Assembly: GCF_008000775.2 (NCBI RefSeq)
Contig: NZ_CP042905.2
Location: 3,030,001-3,062,000 of the forward strand
Source of the DNA: Promethearchaeum syntrophicum
GTDB lineage: Archaea; Asgardarchaeota; Lokiarchaeia; Sigyniarchaeales; Promethearchaeaceae
Reading direction: 5' to 3'
DNA length: 32,000 nucleotides
The notes under the pieces are model-generated. The model did not search any database. It was not told the DNA's origin and was given only the letters and a program-made list of their open reading frames with translations. Position 1 is the stretch's first letter. Each line of letters begins with the position of its first letter. Positions 26,839 to 32,000 of the stretch are shown one piece after another. A program made the translations under genes and the position numbers.

Positions 26839-27642
26839 ATGTCAAAAATACTGGAAAATAATGTTAAGCATCTAAATGCAACATATAGCAATATTAACGT
26901 TTATTTTGAACTAAAGCAATTTACAGTTATTGCGAAAGGAAAAACATATGATCATAAAGAAAAATTAAAGGATCTAGGTTTTTTTTGGAATGCGAAAAAT
27001 AAAGTCTGGGAAATTTCTGTTGATAAATTAGTTGAAAGAGATTTATCAAAAACATTTGTGGGACCATATCAACCAATGGAAGACACTAAAAAGAAAATTC
27101 TCGAATATATTGAACAAGTATCCAATAAATATCTACACGATCTGTTGGAAATTGTTTTCATTAAAGGAGAATATCGTGTTTCGTTTTTTAATTCTCCAGG
27201 AGCTAAGAGATACCATCATGCGTATACTGGAGGATTAGCTGAACACACACTTCAAATCTTAGAAGGAGCACTTGAATTGATTAAAATTTATCCCTATTTA
27301 GATATCAGTCGAGAAATGATAATTACAAGCGCGCTATTACATGATATCGGAAAAGTGAAATGCTATGTTAATACCAGTGATGGAATTCAAATCACCAAAT
27401 ATTTGGAGGATTTTGATCATATTATCTTTGGGATTACGATTGTCAGTCGATTATCCGAAGAATTAATTCAATCAGATGAAGATAAGAAAAAATTTGAACA
27501 TTTAATTCAAATTATTACCAGTCATCATAACATCAAAGATTGGGGGTCGCCTAAAGAACCGAAAAGCCCTGAAGCGTGGATAATTCACACAATGGATCAA
27601 CTTTCATCGAAAATTGGTGGGACTGTAAAAAATAAAAATTGA
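26839..27642 (+). CDS. HD-domain phosphohydrolase of the YhaM-like 3'-5' exonuclease type, with a non-OB N-terminal domain
   Basis: 267 aa. PGAKRYHHAYTGGLAEHTLQILE and SALLHDIGKV are the YhaM-family H...HD blocks. The N-terminal TYDHKEKLKDLGFFWNAKNKVWEI resembles the K-x-LGA-x-W-x(3)-K-x-W motif of DUF5710-like domains. That comparison is from memory. Confidence 0.75.
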   Translation: MSKILENNVKHLNATYSNINVYFELKQFTVIAKGKTYDHKEKLKDLGFFWNAKNKVWEISVDKLVERDLSKTFVGPYQPMEDTKKKILEYIEQVSNKYLHDLLEIVFIKGEYRVSFFNSPGAKRYHHAYTGGLAEHTLQILEGALELIKIYPYLDISREMIITSALLHDIGKVKCYVNTSDGIQITKYLEDFDHIIFGITIVSRLSEELIQSDEDKKKFEHLIQIITSHHNIKDWGSPKEPKSPEAWIIHTMDQLSSKIGGTVKNKN

Positions 27643-27660
27643 AAAGATTCTTTTCGCACA

Positions 27661-28398
27661 TTAATCGAAAATCCGATTCTTTTTGTTTGAGTATGGGAAA
27701 AAAAATTTGATCTTTTTTCCTTTCACTATTATTCCTAATGCTGAAATGGCAAAAATTGAGATAAATACTTCCGTTGGAAAGCTAGGAATGGTCAACTCTG
27801 ATCCCTTAATTAGCATTCCAGATTTTTCACCATTTTTAATAGTTATATTTTCCCAATGCTCAAGTATACCATTTTTATTCCATTGTTTCTTCACGTGCTG
27901 ATATTCTTTAATTTCAGTATCTCCCACACTATATTCTAATCCATATATTAGTTTTTTGATATTGAAAGTGATTGAGTCGTTTTCCCCATACGTTGTGTTA
28001 AGAAAATCGGTTTGTTGTTCAACTCTCTCATTAAGTGTATCTTTAAAATAATCGAAAATATCATCTGAGATCAGAAGGACTACCATTTTCAAAATTGTGA
28101 GCTGAAAAATTGCAATTGCACCATTAACTTCAAAATCAGAGCTCAAATCTATTTTATCTATTTTTAAATCTGTAATTACTGAATATATCATTTCTAGTTG
28201 TGAATTTATCTCTTCTATTGTCACTATAAATGAGCCGTTTATTTTAATATCACCTTCATCCCAATGGGTTAACTCAAAATTCAATTCCTCTCTTTCTTTA
28301 ACCGACCATCCATTAGCTGCTACTACTGGTGGAATTGAATTAAATCCTATTAAGAGCATCAACACAGAAACAAAACCGAATTTTAATTTTTTTCTCAT
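27661..28398 (-). CDS. Secreted protein with signal peptide and C-terminal TM anchor, function unknown
   Basis: 245 aa. The signal peptide is MRKKLKFGFVSVLMLLIGFNSIPPVVA. The C-terminus is PSFPTEVFISIFAISALGIIV + KGKK, followed by a further 16 aa. It is the only gene between the two copies of the HD gene 3' end. Confidence 0.6.
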   Translation of the reverse strand: MRKKLKFGFVSVLMLLIGFNSIPPVVAANGWSVKEREELNFELTHWDEGDIKINGSFIVTIEEINSQLEMIYSVITDLKIDKIDLSSDFEVNGAIAIFQLTILKMVVLLISDDIFDYFKDTLNERVEQQTDFLNTTYGENDSITFNIKKLIYGLEYSVGDTEIKEYQHVKKQWNKNGILEHWENITIKNGEKSGMLIKGSELTIPSFPTEVFISIFAISALGIIVKGKKIKFFFPYSNKKNRIFD

Positions 28399-28468
28399 TT
28401 TTTTTCTAATCCGTTTTAATTATAACTAAAAAGAATATTATTCTATATATTTGTGCATTAATATTAAA

Positions 28469-28564
28469 AAAGATTGGAACATAGAATCCCAATTGCGAGG
28501 GTGATTCACACAAAGGATCAAATGAAATCAAAAATTGATGGAAAGGTAAAAAAAAAAAAGTTGA
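28469..28564 (+). pseudogene. Decayed relic of the 3' end of a YhaM-like HD gene (diverged direct repeat of 27535-27642)
   Basis: 28495-28564 matches 27574-27642 at 55/69 identical positions with one 1-nt indel (hand alignment). There is an extra anchor aaagattgg. It translates to ARVIHTKDQMKSKIDGKVKKKK, versus AWIIHTMDQLSSKIGGTVKNKN* in the live gene. Confidence 0.6.
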
Positions 28565-28571
28565 GAACGCT

Positions 28572-29348
28572 TCAGCTTATCATTTTTATGAATTTTTTCT
28601 TCGTTTCATAGGTATATGTAAGAAATTTTCCATCATGATAAATAGCACAAGTCCCGTAAGGATGTGGGCATGCCCTAGCTTTTTCTACTGTATCGATCGG
28701 AATTTCTTTGTAGGGAATCGATAATTCTTTCGCAACTTCCTTTAACTGATCTTGTAATCCTACCATATAGGGACACTGATTTGCAAAATATAATGTTATT
28801 CCCTTTTTTTCTGGAGCAGGCAAATGATCCCCAAATTTCTTTTCTGATTCTGGGACAAAATATGGATTTGGACTTTTTTTACTGAATTTGAAAACCATTA
28901 ATTCCATATGAGGAGGATATTCATCAACTACAGAAAATCCCATTTTTTCAAAAATTGCTTTTTTTGCCATCCAAGTTCTATTGGTAACTACAACTGCAAC
29001 ACCGATTTTTCCTAATGATTTTGCATCATCAATACATTTTTGAACTAATTGTGAACCATATCCTTTTCCTTTTTGCCTTCCAACAACCCATACACAATGA
29101 ATAACCATATATTCTGGAGCAATTATTCCCCGCCATGTGAACTCCCCAGGAATATATTCAATAAAACCTCGAGAAGTATAACCTTTTGTTTCTTCAACAT
29201 GAAGGAGTTGAATTTTCATCCCTTCTTTAAAACGTTTCTTAGCCCATGCTTCCTTGTTCCTATAACCGGGTTTATTTTTTTGGGATTTCTTACAAAATAG
29301 ATCATAATCCTGTAAATTCTCTAGATTTATCTCAATAATCTTCGCCAT
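28572..29348 (-). CDS. GNAT family N-acetyltransferase fused to a YoaP-like C-terminal domain
   Basis: 258 aa. The acetyl-CoA motif A is VVGRQKGKGYGSQLVQKCIDDAKSLG. The C-terminal LYFANQCPYMVGLQDQL...ACPHPYGTCAIYHDGKFLTY resembles the B. subtilis YoaP C-terminal domain (from memory). Confidence 0.78.
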   Translation of the reverse strand: MAKIIEINLENLQDYDLFCKKSQKNKPGYRNKEAWAKKRFKEGMKIQLLHVEETKGYTSRGFIEYIPGEFTWRGIIAPEYMVIHCVWVVGRQKGKGYGSQLVQKCIDDAKSLGKIGVAVVVTNRTWMAKKAIFEKMGFSVVDEYPPHMELMVFKFSKKSPNPYFVPESEKKFGDHLPAPEKKGITLYFANQCPYMVGLQDQLKEVAKELSIPYKEIPIDTVEKARACPHPYGTCAIYHDGKFLTYTYETKKKFIKMIS

Positions 29349-29400
29349 AATTCTCTACCATTAGTATAATTTCGATGGTTAAAAAATTCTAGAATAATAA

Positions 29401-30837
29401 ATGATTAGATTAAATGTAAGATTAAAAAATGTCCCTCTCAATTCTTACCATATGGAATTAAAACACAAAAGAAAATTGGAAAATCTAATTATTGATTTGA
29501 TGCAAGAATGTAAAACACCAGGATTAGCAATTGGAATTTTTCAAGACGGAAAAGAAATCTATTCCGAAGGCTTTGGAGCAAGAAATCTGGAAGAAAACCT
29601 TCCAATGACCACAGATACTCTTTTTGGCATAGGGAGCATTACGAAATCATTTACAGCGATAGCAATAATGCAGCTAGTGGAACAAGGAAAAATCGATTTA
29701 GATGCTGCTGTCAGTAAATATGTTCATTTTGAATTAGGTTTTAAAGATTCCCCCATTACCATTCACCACATTCTCTCCCATTCTTCTGGAATTCCTGAAC
29801 TAGATGGAAGTGTCCATCCACTTGTTGTAAAAATGGGAGAATATAAGAATATATATCCCCTTTCAAGTGAAAATGATTTTTTACGACACGTAAATAATGC
29901 AAAAGATGAAATTCTTTACAAACCCGAGGAGAAATTCTATTATTGTAATGATATGTTTGAGATTCTCAGAATTATTATCGAGCAAAATACAAATATGAAA
30001 ATTGCGGACTATATCAAAGAAAATATTTTTATACCACTTGAAATGACACGAAGTACCTATCTAAAAGAGGATATTGAAAGTGATCCCCTTCAAAACTCTT
30101 GTATCGGTTATATTTCAACAAAAGACGGTAAATCGATTAAGCCAAACCCATTTCCTTATGATACATTCCTTGGTGGAGCAGGAGGTATTTTAAGTTCAGT
30201 AAATGAACTGAAAAATTATCTTGAAATGTTGGTTAGTGGGGGAAAGTTTAAAGACAAGCAAATAATTTCAAAATCCTCTATTGAAAAATTATGGACACCC
30301 GTTATTTCGACTCCTTATGGTGGTGGTAAAGATCCGCATTATTGTTATGGTTGGATCAGGGAAGATGATTTTTTTGAAGATATATTTATTCACCATAGTG
30401 GAAGTGTTGATGTTTCATCTGGATTTGTAGGTATTATTCCGAAATTGAAATTATATATTATAGCTGGTGAAAATGACGGATTTACTATTGGAAAAACAAT
30501 ATCTCGAGCAGCTTTTGCATTATTACAAGATCGAGATGTTGAAATCGCTGCTCCAATATTAAAATCACAAAGAATTATAAAAAAACTAACCGGAAAATAT
30601 ACAACATATCGAAATATTTATTCAGCAGAAATTTATCAAACAAATTTTGTTTTAATGGCTAAAGTGGAAGGAGACGAAGGTTTTTTAACATATCCGCTAG
30701 CTCCTAAGGATCTTGATAATCTTTTATTTTCGATTCCTTCTCTTTCTAAAACGTTTGGGGACGTAAAATTTGAAATAGATGAGAAAACTGGAAAGATTTC
30801 TTTTTCATTTGATAGATATATTTACCATAAGAAGTAA
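29401..30837 (+). CDS. Beta-lactamase-fold serine hydrolase (class C / S12 peptidase-like) with C-terminal lipocalin-like domain
   Basis: 478 aa. The S-x-x-K nucleophile motif is in FGIGSITKSFTAIAIMQLVEQGKIDLD, together with LSHSSGIP and HSG (HHSGSV). The C-terminal ~90 aa resembles the DUF3471-type add-on. There is no signal peptide. An alternative start is the ATG at 29452. Confidence 0.83.
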   Translation: MIRLNVRLKNVPLNSYHMELKHKRKLENLIIDLMQECKTPGLAIGIFQDGKEIYSEGFGARNLEENLPMTTDTLFGIGSITKSFTAIAIMQLVEQGKIDLDAAVSKYVHFELGFKDSPITIHHILSHSSGIPELDGSVHPLVVKMGEYKNIYPLSSENDFLRHVNNAKDEILYKPEEKFYYCNDMFEILRIIIEQNTNMKIADYIKENIFIPLEMTRSTYLKEDIESDPLQNSCIGYISTKDGKSIKPNPFPYDTFLGGAGGILSSVNELKNYLEMLVSGGKFKDKQIISKSSIEKLWTPVISTPYGGGKDPHYCYGWIREDDFFEDIFIHHSGSVDVSSGFVGIIPKLKLYIIAGENDGFTIGKTISRAAFALLQDRDVEIAAPILKSQRIIKKLTGKYTTYRNIYSAEIYQTNFVLMAKVEGDEGFLTYPLAPKDLDNLLFSIPSLSKTFGDVKFEIDEKTGKISFSFDRYIYHKK

Positions 30838-30875
30838 GGATAAAATCGTATATCCTTCATTTATCTCTTTTTTTC
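30836..30875 (+). terminator. Hairpin (aaggata / tatcctt, 8-nt loop) followed by a T7 tract, overlapping the stop of the hydrolase gene
   Basis: The 7-bp stem is 30836-30842 paired with 30851-30857, and the run ctcttttttt lies at 30865-30874. Confidence 0.35.
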
Positions 30876-30965
30876 CTAATTATTATAAATGATTATAGCA
30901 AAAAATTTATAACCATTAAGAAGGAATATTTTAAAATTCCGAAAATAAAATAGTATAGAGACATT

Positions 30966-31748
30966 ATGTGGTTAAATTTCTTATGGTTAGGATTAGTAAT
31001 TTTGACATACATGATTATCATGTATTTTGTCGCGGTAAAAAAAGTTGATTTTAGTATTGTGGATGTTGCCTACGGGATTGGTTTTATTCTTCTATCCTTA
31101 TCAGCCTTGATTTTTTCTAGTAATTTTTCTTTCAATCATTTGATTCCAGTAATATTAGTTAGTCTTTGGGGTGTAAGATTAGCTTGGCACGTATATAAAA
31201 GAAATAAGAAAAAAGGAATCGAAGATATTCGGTATCAAAATATGCGAAAAAATTGGCAACCTCACCCAAATCGAAGCGCTTTCTTCAAGGTTTTTCTCTT
31301 TCAAGGTATGGTTATTTATATTATAACTTTTTCTATAATGTATTATATTACTTTTGAGTCTGAGGGAACTTTACATTGGTTCAGTTATATTGGATTAGTT
31401 ATTTGGATTGTGGGGTATTTCTTTGAAGTTGTTGGGGATGCTCAATTGAAAAAATTCATAGCAAATCCAGAAAATAAGGGACATATTATTCAAACGGGAT
31501 TGTGGCGTTATACTCGGCATCCGAATTATTTTGGAGAGGCTACTATGTGGTGGGGACTTTTTTTCTTCACCTTACCAGTGAATTTCCCTCTCTCATTGAT
31601 TGCCATTATAAGCCCCCTATGGATAACGATTTTGCTCTTATTCATTTCCGGAGTTCCATTACTAGAAAAACATTATGAAGGCAATGAGGAATATGAAGAA
31701 TATAAAAAACATACCAGCAAATTTTTCCCTTTACCCCGAAAGAAATAA
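30966..31748 (+). CDS. DUF1295 / steroid 5-alpha-reductase-like polytopic membrane protein
   Basis: 260 aa with about 6-7 TM helices. TGLWRYTRHPNYFGEATMWWGLFF is the hallmark block of the DUF1295 / 3-oxo-5-alpha-steroid 4-dehydrogenase-like superfamily. Confidence 0.8.
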   Translation: MWLNFLWLGLVILTYMIIMYFVAVKKVDFSIVDVAYGIGFILLSLSALIFSSNFSFNHLIPVILVSLWGVRLAWHVYKRNKKKGIEDIRYQNMRKNWQPHPNRSAFFKVFLFQGMVIYIITFSIMYYITFESEGTLHWFSYIGLVIWIVGYFFEVVGDAQLKKFIANPENKGHIIQTGLWRYTRHPNYFGEATMWWGLFFFTLPVNFPLSLIAIISPLWITILLLFISGVPLLEKHYEGNEEYEEYKKHTSKFFPLPRKK

Positions 31749-31777
31749 TGCTAAACGTTTTCTTTCGATTTTTTATT

Positions 31778-32000
31778 TTATTTTCTGGAGTACATATTAT
31801 ATCCCGATTTTAATGAATCATTCAAATCTTTCCATCGCTCAAGTTCAGCATTAGATACTATATTCCGAAGATGCTCAATTGATTTTTTTATTAGAGTTTG
31901 GAATTTTCCTAGTGAATTAAGCCCTGTTAAATCTATTTTTATAGGGAGTATATATAAATTCTCATCTAATTGGGAATGTAGTTTGGAGGATGCAAAAAAA
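31778..32000 (-). CDS. 3' end (73 codons) of an unidentified gene whose start lies beyond the window
   Basis: The minus-strand frame is open from the window edge to TAA (31778-31780): ...KLHSQLDENLYILPIKIDLTGLNSLGKFQTLIKKSIEHLRNIVSNAELERWKDLNDSLKSGYNMYSRK*. It is absent from the ORF track only because it has no start codon in the window. A 73-codon open frame is unlikely by chance in DNA this AT-rich. Confidence 0.4.
   Translation of the reverse strand, partial: FFASSKLHSQLDENLYILPIKIDLTGLNSLGKFQTLIKKSIEHLRNIVSNAELERWKDLNDSLKSGYNMYSRK

Noticed and set aside
16086-29300. Other short antisense or nested ORFs (16086.., 16506.., 18033.., 18938.., 24066.., 26210.., 26496.., 27032.., 27683.., 29073..).
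   Set aside because: Each lies within or opposite a longer gene with recognisable family motifs.
1-32000. A whole-window scan for CRISPR repeats, tRNA/rRNA (GC-rich islands), IS elements and integrases.
   Set aside because: I saw no regularly spaced direct repeats, no GC-rich structured segments and no DDE or tyrosine/serine recombinase motifs. The scan was visual only.

Overview
AT-rich window (roughly 30% GC by eye, not computed) with about 25 protein genes. I found no rRNA, tRNA, CRISPR array, transposase or integrase. The host looks archaeal, plausibly an Asgard/Loki-type lineage; this is inference. Supporting signs are an actin-fold gene fragment, a histone-fold-like microprotein, TATA-like boxes about 25-30 nt upstream of several ATGs, Shine-Dalgarno sites only at internal operon genes, oligo-T tracts after stop codons, and sequon-rich surface proteins with terminal TM anchors. 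Confidently recognised genes are folD, a ClC channel with a CBS pair, an acyl-CoA dehydrogenase, an FAD-linked oxidase, uvrB-uvrA (overlapping TAATG), a beta-lactamase-fold hydrolase, a GNAT-YoaP fusion, a DUF1295 membrane protein, a YhaM-like HD nuclease, a TPR protein and a standalone pyruvate-kinase-C-like protein. I did not find a convincing multi-gene novel system. The most unusual items are: (1) an orphan 1252-aa protein with an acidic head, about 11 TM helices and a roughly 650-aa coiled-coil stalk; (2) a single-gene insertion of about 0.9 kb bracketed by two diverged copies of the HD gene 3' end; (3) a PurF paralogue lacking the Cys1 nucleophile and other glutaminase residues; (4) a 5'-nucleotidase/metallophosphoesterase split by a 1-nt frameshift; (5) a J-domain-less protein with two DnaJ-type zinc-finger modules upstream of the ClC gene; (6) Lys/Arg-rich C-terminal extensions on both UvrB and UvrA. 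All homology calls are made by eye from motifs, with no searches run.
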